A stretch of DNA of 64,000 nt, taken from contig JBGAKN010000003.1 of NCBI GenBank assembly GCA_044224405.1, positions 213,658-277,657 on the forward strand, read 5' to 3'. Position numbers and translations under genes: made by a program. Positions 40,262 to 50,366 of this stretch are shown here, piece by piece. Position 1 is the first letter of the stretch, and each line of letters begins with the position of its first letter. Below the pieces are notes generated by a model. It was not told the origin of the DNA. It did no database searches and saw only the letters and a list, made by a program, of their open reading frames with translations. The stretch comes from Tagaea sp. GTDB lineage: Bacteria > Pseudomonadota > Alphaproteobacteria > CACIAM-22H2.

Positions 40262-42124
40262 TTATTGCGCGGCCTGGGTCGAGCCGTCGTTCGCGGCGGC
40301 CTCGATGCGGGCCTGTGCCTCGCGCGTCTCGAGCTGGCGGCGCCACATCTGGGCATAGACGCCGCCGGCCGCCAGCAGGTCGGCATGCGTGCCGCGCTCG
40401 ACCACGCGGCCTTTCTCGAGCACGGCGATCTGGTCGGCATCCACGACGGTCGACAGGCGGTGCGCGATCGTCAGCGTCGTGACGCCGGCCGATATCTGGC
40501 GCAGCGATTCCTGGATCGCCTTCTCCGTGCGCGTGTCGAGGGCACTCGTCGCTTCGTCGAACACGAGCAGCTTGGGGCGCTTCAGGATCGTGCGCGCGAT
40601 CGACACGCGCTGGCGCTCGCCACCTGAAAGCTTGAGCCCGCGCTCGCCCACCCGCGTCTTATATCCGTCTGGCAGCGAGAGCACGAATTCGTGGATGCGC
40701 GCGAGCCGTGCGGCTTCCTCGACTTCTTCCTTCGTCGCGGACGGGCGGCCATAGGCGATGTTGTAATAGATCGTGTCATTGAACAGCACCGTGTCCTGCG
40801 GAACGATGCCTATCGCGGCGCGGACCGACGCTTGTGTCACGTCGCGGATGTCCTGCCCGTCGATCGTTACGGCGCCGTCCGTCACGTCATAGAAGCGGAA
40901 CAGCAGCCGCGAGATCGTGGACTTGCCGGCCCCGGAAGAACCGACGATGGCCAGCGTCTTGCCCGGCGGCACGTCGAGATCGACACCGTCGAGGATCGTG
41001 CGGCGCGGATCGTAGCCGAAGGTCACGTTCTCGAAACGCACATGCGCGCCGGTCACCTTCAGGTCCGGTGCGCCCGGATCGTCGACGACCTCCGCATTTG
41101 CATGCAGCAGCTTGAACATCGACTGCATGTCGATCAGCGCCTGCCGGATCTCGCGGTAGACCATGCCGAGGAAGTTGAGCGGCAGATAGAGCTGGATCAG
41201 GTAGGCATTGACCATGACGAAGCCGCCGACGGTCATGGCGCCCGCCGCGACGTCGAACGCGGCCAGCATCATCATGACGGTCAGGCCGATGGCGATGACG
41301 AACCCCTGCCCGACATTCAGGATCGAAAGCGACGTCTTGGACAGGACGGCCGCGCGCTCGTACGCGTCGAGCGACCTGTCGAAGCGTTTGGCCTCGTGCG
41401 CCTCATTGCCGAAATATTTGACCGTCTCGTAGTTGAGCAGGCTGTCGATCGCCTTGGTCGAGGCCTCGCCTTCGGCTTCCAGCATCGCGCGGCGGTAGCG
41501 CAGCCGCCATGCCGTGACGGCGAAGGTGTACGCGACATAGAGCACGATCGTGACGAACGTGACGGCGGCAAAGCGCCAGTCGTAGATGTACCAGAGCGTG
41601 CCGCAGACTAGCGTGATCTCGAGGATGGTCGGCACGACCTGGAAAAGCATGAAGTGCAGCAGGTTCTCGATGCCCGCCGTGCCTCGTTCGATGGCGCGGT
41701 TGAGGCCGCCGGTCTGCCGGTCGAGATGGAAGCGCAGTGAAAGCCTGTGCAGGTGCTGGAACGTCTCCAGCGCCACCTGATGCATGGCCTGATGCGCGAC
41801 GCGCGCGAAAACGATCTCGCGCAGTTCGCTGAAGGCCTGCGAGCAGACGCGCGCCCCGCCATAGGCGAGCACGACGCCGATCGGCACGATCGCGACCGCC
41901 CCACCGACTCCCGAAAGCGCGTCGACCGCATAACGATAGAAGAGCGGCACCGAGATCGTTGCGAGCTTGGCGCCGACCAGCAGCACGAGCGCCGCGACGA
42001 CGCGGATGCGGACTTCCGGGCGATCCTTCGGCCACAGATAGGGCAACAGGCGTGCGAGCGTGCGGACCTCCTGGTCGGCAACGCCCGGAACGTGAAGGGG
42101 ATCGGCGGGACTCGCGCGGCGCAT
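40262..42124 (-). CDS. ABCB/ATM1-type ABC exporter (permease+ATPase)
   Basis: FHLDRQTGG, DSLLNYETVKYF, YLPLNFLG, GSSGAGKST, VGERGLKLSGGE. Confidence 0.92.
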   Translation of the reverse strand: MRRASPADPLHVPGVADQEVRTLARLLPYLWPKDRPEVRIRVVAALVLLVGAKLATISVPLFYRYAVDALSGVGGAVAIVPIGVVLAYGGARVCSQAFSELREIVFARVAHQAMHQVALETFQHLHRLSLRFHLDRQTGGLNRAIERGTAGIENLLHFMLFQVVPTILEITLVCGTLWYIYDWRFAAVTFVTIVLYVAYTFAVTAWRLRYRRAMLEAEGEASTKAIDSLLNYETVKYFGNEAHEAKRFDRSLDAYERAAVLSKTSLSILNVGQGFVIAIGLTVMMMLAAFDVAAGAMTVGGFVMVNAYLIQLYLPLNFLGMVYREIRQALIDMQSMFKLLHANAEVVDDPGAPDLKVTGAHVRFENVTFGYDPRRTILDGVDLDVPPGKTLAIVGSSGAGKSTISRLLFRFYDVTDGAVTIDGQDIRDVTQASVRAAIGIVPQDTVLFNDTIYYNIAYGRPSATKEEVEEAARLARIHEFVLSLPDGYKTRVGERGLKLSGGERQRVSIARTILKRPKLLVFDEATSALDTRTEKAIQESLRQISAGVTTLTIAHRLSTVVDADQIAVLEKGRVVERGTHADLLAAGGVYAQMWRRQLETREAQARIEAAANDGSTQAAQ

Positions 42125-42174
42125 CTTGCGATCAATCTAGGTCCGTGGCCGCCGCGTTTCCAGTCTTCCGGCGC

Positions 42175-45126
42175 CTATTGTGCCGCCTGCCCCGACGCGT
42201 CGCCCACCCGCCCGGCAAGGTGGCGAAGCACGAGCGAGAGCAGCGCGTCCTTGCGGAACGGCTTTGAAATGAAATCGTCCATTCCGGCGGCAAGGGCCGC
42301 ATCGCGGTCGGTATCGAAGGCGTTTGCTGTGACGGCGACGATGGGGACTCGCGCGGCATCGCCTTCCAACGCCCGGATCGCGGCGGTGGCCGCGTAACCG
42401 TCCATCTCGGGCATGTTCACGTCCATCAGGACGAGGTCGTAGGGAACCGTGCGCTGCGCCTCGACGGCCTCAAGCCCGTTCGCCACGGTGTCCACGCGAA
42501 GCCCGAGGGGCTCCAGCATCGCCGACACGATCAGGCGGTTGGTGTGGTTGTCCTCGGCGAGCAGCAGGCGCAAAGGCCGGTTGCGCGCACGTGCCAGCCG
42601 GTCGATCTCGACCGCCCAGTCGATGTTGCTGGGGCGCGCCTCGCTCTCGACTTCCGCGGGCGAAAGCTCGACGTCGAACACGAACACGCTGCCCTTGCCC
42701 GGCGTGCTCTCGACGCGCAGTTCCCCTCCCATGCGCGCGACGAGGCGATGCGAGATGGCGAGCCCCAGCCCCGTTCCGCCGAAGCGGCGCGCGATCGAGC
42801 CGTCGAGCTGCTCGAATTCGCGGAACAAGCGCGGCAGCCGGTCGGTCGGGATGCCGATGCCGGTGTCGCGCACCGAGATCCAGCCGCGGATGCGGCCGTT
42901 GACCTGCGCGCGCGCCGACGCTTCGACATGCACGCCGCCGTGCTCGGTGAACTTGATCGCGTTCGACAGCAGGTTGAGAAGAACCTGGCGCAGCCTTCCC
43001 GGATCGCCGCGCAGGCGCTGCGGCACGTCGCCGTCGATCTGCCAGCCAAGCGTCAGGTTCTTGGCCCGCGCACGCGCTGCGACGATCTCGATCGTCGAGC
43101 GCACGAGGGCGCGCATGTCGAAAACCAGTTCCTCGAATTCGAGCCGGCCGGCTTCCAGCTTCGAGAAGTCGAGCACGTCGTTGATGATCTGCAGCAGCGA
43201 GTCCGACGCGTCGCGGATCGCGTGCACGTAGAGCTTCTGCTGTCCGTCGAGGTTGGTGTCGAGCAGCAGGCTCGCCATGCCCATCACGCCGTTGATCGGG
43301 GTGCGCACCTCGTGGCTCATCGTCGCGAGGAAGCGCGACTTGGCGTCGCTCGCGGCTTCCGCCGATTCCTTGGCCTGCGTCAGCGCGCGGGTCGCCGCGA
43401 TGTCGGCCGTCACGTCCTGGAGCAGGTGGATCTCGCCGCCCGAGGCGGTCGAGAATCCGATGACGCGGATCGTGCGCCCGTCGGCCATCGCCCGGTCGTG
43501 CGGAATGCCGCCGCGCAGCACGAACGAGAGCCGGTCGGCGACCCACGCCTCGCGTTCCTCGGGCGGGATGCCGAAGAGCGGCGAATGCGCGTGGAGATGC
43601 ATGAGATCCACGGCGAGCATGCCCACCTCGATCTGCCCGCGCACGTGCGGATACATCTCCTCGTACTTGCTGTTCCACATCAGCACGCGCCGGCTCGCGT
43701 CGAACATGACGAAGGCGTCGCGCAGCGCCTCGATGCCGTCGCGCAGCGTGCGCTCGCTGTCCTCGGCGCGGATCTTCGCGATCGCCAGCGCCTGGCGCGC
43801 GTCCATCTCCTCGGTCATGTCGCGGCCCGACCCGCGATAGCCCACGAAGCGCCCGCCGTCGTCGAAGATCGGCTTGCCGCTGATCGACAGGAAGCGGCGG
43901 CGCCCGGAGATGTCGAACCGCTCGTAGCGGAAATCGCGGAAGGCCTCGCGACGCTCGAGCTGCGCGCGATGCGCGGTCCATCCGGCCTCGTCGACGCCCA
44001 GCACGCCGATCTCGTCGCGGCGCATGCCGTACTGCGATTCCGGCTGCACGCCCGAAAGCCGGTAGTTGGAGTCCGACAGGAAGGTGAAGCGCAGTTCGGC
44101 ATCCTGCTCCCAGAACCAGTCGGCCGTCGTCTCGGCGAAGTCGCGGAAGCGGCGCTCGCGGTCAAGGATCGCGTTCTGCGCGGATTCGAGTTCGTCGAGC
44201 CGGCGACGCAGCAGCCAGGCCATCGCGAACACGGCCAGTGTCGCGAAAATCCCGACGCCGGCGATGGCGCTGTCGAGCGCATGGCGGTGCGCGGTCGCGT
44301 CCGCGATGGAATGTTCGACATAGATCGCGAGCGGCCACTCGCCGATCCGCTCCATCGCCAGCAGCCGGTTGACGCCGTCGCTCGGGCTCTTGCCCGTCTC
44401 GACCGCCCAGCCTTCGGCCTCGAAATGCGGCCAGCCGACATGGTCGCGCATCGCGTGCGGCTCCATGTCGATGCTGCCGTCCGAAGCGATGCGCACGCGC
44501 GAAACGCCGTCGCGTCCCACGAGGCCGATCGCGCCGTCGCTGCCGAGATCGACCGACTGCGCGATCCGCAGCAGCTTCGCCGGCCGCACCGACAGCAGGA
44601 CGATGCCGGCGAACGTGCCGTCGGCCGCCGCGATGCGGCGCGACAGCGGGATCGAATGGTTCTTCGTCAGCGGGCTCAGCCGCGTCGCCCCAAGGTAAGG
44701 ACTATTCACGGATGAATCGCGCTGCGCCACGAAGAAGTCGCGGTCGGCGAGCGACGCGCCCACGGTGTCGATCGTCGCCGCCACGATCCGGCCCGCGGCG
44801 TCCGTGATCGCGACGAAGTCGATGAGATCGGGCGCGGTCGCGGCGAGCCGCATGAGTGCCTCGGTATCGAGCCCGGGCCCGTTCGCGTGGAACGCGACGG
44901 CGAGCTTCGCGAAACGGTCGACCGATTCCAGCGTGCGCTCCACGCTTTCGCGCGACAGCCGGCACGTCTCGACGATGCTCGCCACCGCGGAATCGTCCGA
45001 ATGCACGCGCTGGGCGTAGAGAGCGGCGGCCACGAGCGACCAGATGACGAGCGTCACCGCCACCGCCATCGCGAGCACGCGATCGATGCGCAGGCGCCGC
45101 GGATTGGGTCGGCGCGACACGATCAT
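42175..45126 (-). CDS. hybrid sensor histidine kinase (TM-Cache-TM-PAS-PAS-HisKA-HATPase-REC)
   Basis: FLATMSHEVRTP, LLSNAIKFT, DTGIG, GGTGLGL, LAEDN...MDVNMPEMDG...KP. Confidence 0.92.
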   Translation of the reverse strand: MIVSRRPNPRRLRIDRVLAMAVAVTLVIWSLVAAALYAQRVHSDDSAVASIVETCRLSRESVERTLESVDRFAKLAVAFHANGPGLDTEALMRLAATAPDLIDFVAITDAAGRIVAATIDTVGASLADRDFFVAQRDSSVNSPYLGATRLSPLTKNHSIPLSRRIAAADGTFAGIVLLSVRPAKLLRIAQSVDLGSDGAIGLVGRDGVSRVRIASDGSIDMEPHAMRDHVGWPHFEAEGWAVETGKSPSDGVNRLLAMERIGEWPLAIYVEHSIADATAHRHALDSAIAGVGIFATLAVFAMAWLLRRRLDELESAQNAILDRERRFRDFAETTADWFWEQDAELRFTFLSDSNYRLSGVQPESQYGMRRDEIGVLGVDEAGWTAHRAQLERREAFRDFRYERFDISGRRRFLSISGKPIFDDGGRFVGYRGSGRDMTEEMDARQALAIAKIRAEDSERTLRDGIEALRDAFVMFDASRRVLMWNSKYEEMYPHVRGQIEVGMLAVDLMHLHAHSPLFGIPPEEREAWVADRLSFVLRGGIPHDRAMADGRTIRVIGFSTASGGEIHLLQDVTADIAATRALTQAKESAEAASDAKSRFLATMSHEVRTPINGVMGMASLLLDTNLDGQQKLYVHAIRDASDSLLQIINDVLDFSKLEAGRLEFEELVFDMRALVRSTIEIVAARARAKNLTLGWQIDGDVPQRLRGDPGRLRQVLLNLLSNAIKFTEHGGVHVEASARAQVNGRIRGWISVRDTGIGIPTDRLPRLFREFEQLDGSIARRFGGTGLGLAISHRLVARMGGELRVESTPGKGSVFVFDVELSPAEVESEARPSNIDWAVEIDRLARARNRPLRLLLAEDNHTNRLIVSAMLEPLGLRVDTVANGLEAVEAQRTVPYDLVLMDVNMPEMDGYAATAAIRALEGDAARVPIVAVTANAFDTDRDAALAAGMDDFISKPFRKDALLSLVLRHLAGRVGDASGQAAQ

Positions 45127-45237
45127 GTTTTCTGCTGGATCAAACGTTTCCCCGATATCGATTGAGGGTAGGCGCCCGCCCCCAGCCGGGCAAGATTCAC
45201 CGGGCCTACGATGAGAGCCGGCTGGAAAAGGACAACA

Positions 45238-45316
45238 ACAGGTTACGACAGGTTACCGTAACCTGTTTATCCCCTTGAAGTTAAACGCATGTAACCTGTC
45301 TCGAGGTTTCGGTTAC
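45238..45316. repeat. array of ACAGGTTAC / GTAACCTGT 9-mers in both orientations
   Basis: ACAGGTTAC at 45238 and 45248, GTAACCTGT at 45258 and 45291, partial GGTTAC at 45311. Confidence 0.85.
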
Positions 45317-45457
45317 GCAAGCCTTTCTGGCATACGCAAGAAACGCGGTGCAGCGTCTCCCCGCCTCGCTCCCTTTATCCTCCACGATGTCAAACAGCAC
45401 AGGCTTTCGCCCTGCGCCGAATGATAGGGATTTTTGGCCTAAAGTAAAGGATTACAA

Positions 45458-45856
45458 TCAGCGAACCGCCGCCGCGCACGCGAACAGGTCGGTGGTGCCT
45501 TCCGGTCCCGGCGCGATGACCGACGCCAGCGGATGGCAGGTGCCCGCCCAGCAGATCTCGTAGTCGGCGGCATAGCCGCGCCGGCTCAGCGAGACATGCG
45601 ACAGCGGCGCGATTTTTGGAACGTAGTGGAACCAGCCGTCGCGCAACACCGCATCGGCCGGCGGCTCCATTCCCGCCCCGCCGCCCTGCACGCGCGCGGC
45701 GACGGGCCCGAGCGTCGTGCCGCGCACCTGCCAGTCCTCTTCCCAGCGCACCTTCTCGATCGAGTGGGTCCAGGCGAGCGTGAAATCGGCGGCCGGAATG
45801 CTGGCGCCGACGACCGCCGGAAAGATCCCGAGGCAGAGGGCGCCGAGCGCGCTCAC
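45458..45856 (-). CDS. DUF1850 domain protein
   Basis: FTLAWTHSIEKVRWEEDW, GAGMEPP; GTG overlaps the TRAP permease stop. Confidence 0.82.
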   Translation of the reverse strand: MSALGALCLGIFPAVVGASIPAADFTLAWTHSIEKVRWEEDWQVRGTTLGPVAARVQGGGAGMEPPADAVLRDGWFHYVPKIAPLSHVSLSRRGYAADYEICWAGTCHPLASVIAPGPEGTTDLFACAAAVR

Positions 45857-47946
45857 GCCGGGCGGAGCGCCGCGCGGGTCCGCCGCCAGTTCCACGCGAT
45901 GACCGCCGCCGCGACGGCGAAGCCGATCTCGTCGGTCAGCGGAACGGCCGCAACGAGCAGGAAGGCCCCCGCCGTCGCCGCGGCGCGCTCGCCCCAGCCC
46001 ATCGGCCCGATCAGGTAGGCGCTGGATGCCCCGCCCCACAGGCCGATCGCCAGCAGCGCCTTGAAGGTGATGTAGACGACGGCAAGCGGACTGTCGGTCT
46101 GCAGCAGCAGCGCCGGGTCGTAGATGAACATGAACGGGATGACGAACCCGGCCAGCGCCACGCGCACTGCCAGGACGCCGATCTTCATCGCCGATTCCTT
46201 GGCGATCGACGACGCCGCGAAGGCCGCGAGCGCCACCGGCGGCGTCAGGTCGGCCATGATGCCGAAATAGAACACGAACATGTGCGACTGCAGCAGCGAA
46301 ACGCCCATGCCGAGCAGTGCCGGCGCCACCATCGAGGACGTGATGATGTAGTTGGGAATCGTCGGGATGCCCATGCCGAGGATCAGGCACACGACCATCG
46401 TCAGGACCAGCGCGGCGATGCGGCTGTCGCCCGCGAGGCCGACCACGACGCGCGCGAACGTGCCGCCGAGACCCGTCAGCGTCAGCGTGCCGATGATGAC
46501 GCCGACCAGCGCGCACGCGATGCCCACGGCGATGGCGTTGCGCGCACCGTCGGAAAGGCTGTCGAGCATGAGCCGGAACGTCTCGCGCGCGCCCTTCATC
46601 GCGGCCGTGACCGCCAGCAGGATCGCCACGCCGCCGACGATGTAGATCAGGTCCTCGTTGCGCAGGTAGAGCCCGCAGCCGAAACCGATCGCGATCCACA
46701 CGAAGCCGCGGAACGGCCCGCGCCCCATCTTCGCGGTAATGCGCCCGCCGAGGATCAGGACCACCGTGAATCCGAGCCCCACGGTGCCCGCGTAGAGCGG
46801 CGTGAAGCCCGCGAACAGCAGATAGACGAGGATCGCCAGCGGCAGCAGCAGGTACCAGTCGCGCTTGATCGCCGCCATGGCACTCGGGCACTGGTCCTTC
46901 GGCAGGCCGACGAGCCGGCTGCGCTTGGCCTCCAGATGGACCATCCAGAAGGCCGAGATGAAATAGAGGAAGGCCGGGATCGTCGCCGCGAGCGCGATCT
47001 CGCCGTAGGGCATGTCGAGATTCTCGGCCATGATGAAGGCGACCGCCCCCATCACCGGCGGCATGATCTGCCCGCCCATGCTCGCCGTCGCCTCGACCGC
47101 GCCGGCGAAGGCCGCGCGGTAGCCGAAGCGCTTCATCAGCGGGATCGTGAACTGGCCCGTCGAGACGACGTTGGCCACGCCCGACCCGTTGATCGTGCCC
47201 ATCAGCGCCGACGAGACGACCGCGACCTTGGCCGGACCGCCGGTGTAGTGGCCGACCGTCCCCATCGCGATGTCGTTGAACAGGCGGATCATGCCCGCCT
47301 TTTCCAGGAACGTGCCGAACAGGATGAACAGGAAGATGAAGGTCGCCGAGACCTGGATCGGCGTGCCGTAGATGCCTTCGACGCCGCGATAGAGCTGGTG
47401 CAGGATCAGGTCGAACCCGTAGCCGCGATGGCCGAGCGGATAGGGCAGCAGGTCGCCGAAAAAGAGATAGACGAGGAACGCGCCGCAGATCAGCGGCAGC
47501 GCCAGCCCCATCACGCGGCGCGAGGCCTCGAAGACCAGCGCGATGATCAGCGTGCCGACCGCCATGTCGGTCAGGTTCGGATCGGGGCGCGTCATCAGGT
47601 CGACATAGAAGACCCAATGATAGAAGCCGAGCGCGAACGCGCCGATCGCCAGCCCCCAGTCGTGGAGCGGGACGCCTTTTTCGGGGCCGCCGCGGCGCGC
47701 GCGGAACAGCATGAAGACCATGAACAGCAGGAACCCGACATGCACCGAGCGCACGATGATGCTCGACAGCGGGCTGTACGCCGACGTGTAGATCTGGAAG
47801 AGCGAGAAGACGACGCCCGCCCAGTAGGTGACCTTCCCGGCGAAGCCGTCCAGGACGGGAACGTGGTCGGGCAGCGACTCCTGGACCTTGCGCAGTTCGG
47901 CCTCGGAAAGGGCCGGCGCTTCGCCGAGCGGGTTCTTGGCATTCAT
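45853..47946 (-). CDS. TRAP transporter fused 4TM/12TM permease (TAXI type)
   Basis: GGPAKVAV, GSGVANV, ASMGGQIMPPVMG, GMGIPT, TPPVALAAFAA. Confidence 0.9.
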   Translation of the reverse strand: MNAKNPLGEAPALSEAELRKVQESLPDHVPVLDGFAGKVTYWAGVVFSLFQIYTSAYSPLSSIIVRSVHVGFLLFMVFMLFRARRGGPEKGVPLHDWGLAIGAFALGFYHWVFYVDLMTRPDPNLTDMAVGTLIIALVFEASRRVMGLALPLICGAFLVYLFFGDLLPYPLGHRGYGFDLILHQLYRGVEGIYGTPIQVSATFIFLFILFGTFLEKAGMIRLFNDIAMGTVGHYTGGPAKVAVVSSALMGTINGSGVANVVSTGQFTIPLMKRFGYRAAFAGAVEATASMGGQIMPPVMGAVAFIMAENLDMPYGEIALAATIPAFLYFISAFWMVHLEAKRSRLVGLPKDQCPSAMAAIKRDWYLLLPLAILVYLLFAGFTPLYAGTVGLGFTVVLILGGRITAKMGRGPFRGFVWIAIGFGCGLYLRNEDLIYIVGGVAILLAVTAAMKGARETFRLMLDSLSDGARNAIAVGIACALVGVIIGTLTLTGLGGTFARVVVGLAGDSRIAALVLTMVVCLILGMGIPTIPNYIITSSMVAPALLGMGVSLLQSHMFVFYFGIMADLTPPVALAAFAASSIAKESAMKIGVLAVRVALAGFVIPFMFIYDPALLLQTDSPLAVVYITFKALLAIGLWGGASSAYLIGPMGWGERAAATAGAFLLVAAVPLTDEIGFAVAAAVIAWNWRRTRAALRPA

Positions 47947-47998
47947 GGAATGGAATTCCCTGCTTCTGGCGAAACGCCGGTCCCGGTCCGGATCCGGC

Positions 47999-48976
47999 TT
48001 ACTTCAGGAGACCGCGTTCGCGGTAGAAACGCTCCGCACCCGGATGCAGCGGCACCGGCGGGTTCTGGAACGCGGTCTTGACGTCGATCGCCTTCGCCGC
48101 GGCGGCGCTGGCGACCATGCGGTCGAGATTGTCAAACATCGCCTTGGTCATCGTGTAGACCATGTCGGCCGACACGCGGTCCGACGTGACGAGGAAGTTC
48201 TTGATCTGGATCGTCTCGACCGCCGCGTCCTGGCCCTTGTAGGTGTTGGCGGGCATCGTCGCCGGCTGGTACGCCGCATCGTTGATCTTGGCGATGATTT
48301 CGGCCGGGATCGCGACGATGACGATGTCGGTCGTCGTGGCGACGTCGCGGATCGCGGCGACGCCGAGGCCGGCCGAGATCAGCGTGGCGTCGAGCTGGCG
48401 GTTCTTGATCAGATCGACCGACTGGCCGAAGGGCAGGAACTGCACCTGCGCGAAGCCGCTGCCGAGATTCTGCGGCCCGGCATAGCCCAGACCCGCGGCG
48501 GTGAAGATCGCGCGCGCGTTGACTTCCGTGCCCGAGCGGGGGGCGCCGACCGAGACGCGCTTGCCCTTGAGGTCGGCCAGCGTCTTGATGCCGGACTCCT
48601 TCGAGGCGACGATCTGGATGTAGTTGGAATAGAGCCCGCCGATCGTGCGAAGGCGGTCGAGCTTCTGCGGGAAGCCGATTTCCGCGTTGCCGCGCCAGGC
48701 GTCGGACAGCGCGTCGCCGAGCGTGAAGGCGACTTCGGCGCGGCCGGCCTGGATGAGGTTGAGGTTCTCGACCGAAGCGGCGGTCGACTGGTGCTGCACG
48801 CGCGACTGTGGCAGCGCGCCGGCATAGATCGCTTCAAGCGCCTGGCCGAGCGGGTAGTAGACCCCGGTCGTGCCGCCCGACACGATATTGACGAACTGCG
48901 CGTTCGCCGCGCTCGATGCGGCAAGCGCGATGCCGAAGAAGGCGGTCGCCAGCGCGGATTTCAGCTTCGATGCCAT
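47999..48976 (-). CDS. TAXI family TRAP solute-binding protein
   Basis: GGTTGVYYPLG, SVENLNL, GAPRSGTE, PLHPGAERFY. Confidence 0.92.
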   Translation of the reverse strand: MASKLKSALATAFFGIALAASSAANAQFVNIVSGGTTGVYYPLGQALEAIYAGALPQSRVQHQSTAASVENLNLIQAGRAEVAFTLGDALSDAWRGNAEIGFPQKLDRLRTIGGLYSNYIQIVASKESGIKTLADLKGKRVSVGAPRSGTEVNARAIFTAAGLGYAGPQNLGSGFAQVQFLPFGQSVDLIKNRQLDATLISAGLGVAAIRDVATTTDIVIVAIPAEIIAKINDAAYQPATMPANTYKGQDAAVETIQIKNFLVTSDRVSADMVYTMTKAMFDNLDRMVASAAAAKAIDVKTAFQNPPVPLHPGAERFYRERGLLK

Positions 48977-49138
48977 CTGTTTCCTCCATAACGGTGTATC
49001 TTGTGATTTAACGTCATTAGACGCATCTTCCGGACCGGGTCAAGGCTCGGTGCCTGCACCCACCTGAATCGAATGGAAAATGACGTCAAATTTGCTTAAC
49101 CCGTGGGCAACCGGCCCGGATCACCAAGCGAGCATGCG

Positions 49139-49732
49139 ATGAATCTCAGCGGCGAATATCGTCTTCCCCTGTCCCGCCAGACCGTCTGGAACGGCCTGAA
49201 CGACCCCGAAATCCTCAAGCAGTGCATCCCGGGCTGCGACGAACTGGTCAAGGCGTCGGATACCGAGATGTCGGCCAAGGTCGGCCTGAAGATCGGGCCG
49301 ATGACGGCCAAGTTCACCGGCAAGGTGACCCTTTCCGACCTCGATCCCCCGAACGGTTACAAGATCGCCGGCGAAGGCCAGGGCGGCGTCGCCGGTTTCG
49401 GCAAGGGCTCGGCGGTCGTCACGCTCGAGGACGACGGCGCGGGCGGCACGATCCTGCGTTACACGGCCGACAGCCAGGTCGGCGGCAAGATGGCCCAGCT
49501 TGGCTCGCGCCTGATCGACGCGACCGCCAAGAAGCTCGCCGACGAGTTCTTCGGCAAGTTCGCCGAAATCGTCGCCGCCCCCGCCGCGGCTCCGTCCGGC
49601 GAGGCGGCACCTTCCGCACCTGCGAACGCGCCAGTTGCGTCGGCCGATGCGGGCGGACTGCCGCAGTCGGTGTGGATCACCGCACTGGTCGTGGCGATCG
49701 GCGTGGTGCTGTGGATGGTGCTCCGTAACTGA
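49139..49732 (+). CDS. coxG: CoxG (SRPBCC) membrane anchor
   Basis: LNDPEILKQCIPGC, GGKMAQLGSRL, C-terminal TM helix. Confidence 0.88.
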   Translation: MNLSGEYRLPLSRQTVWNGLNDPEILKQCIPGCDELVKASDTEMSAKVGLKIGPMTAKFTGKVTLSDLDPPNGYKIAGEGQGGVAGFGKGSAVVTLEDDGAGGTILRYTADSQVGGKMAQLGSRLIDATAKKLADEFFGKFAEIVAAPAAAPSGEAAPSAPANAPVASADAGGLPQSVWITALVVAIGVVLWMVLRN

Positions 49733-49849
49733 TTCGCAACACCGGTTTGGCTTGACGCCGGACAGGTGCGCGCCTGAAACTCCACAACAATTAATATGGA
49801 TGCTTCGCCTCAGCGAGCATCCCCGATATTCCGACGAGGGGGAAAGACG

Positions 49850-50323
<474 letters not shown>

Positions 50324-50366
50324 GCACAATCGCGAAAACGCGAAACGCTTCCAGGGAGGACCCACG

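Noticed and set aside
45260-45390. Chromosomal origin of replication
   Set aside because: Only two weak DnaA-box-like matches, no CtrA boxes and none of the usual origin-flanking genes
45340-45457. c-di-GMP-I riboswitch (GGCCTAAA and GAAA elements)
   Set aside because: The elements fall on opposite strands and the GGCAAAC/GACGCAAAGC core is absent
49795-49845. Hairpins in the coxS leader as a Moco riboswitch
   Set aside because: Too short and lacks recognisable Moco-motif consensus; an Rfam scan would be needed
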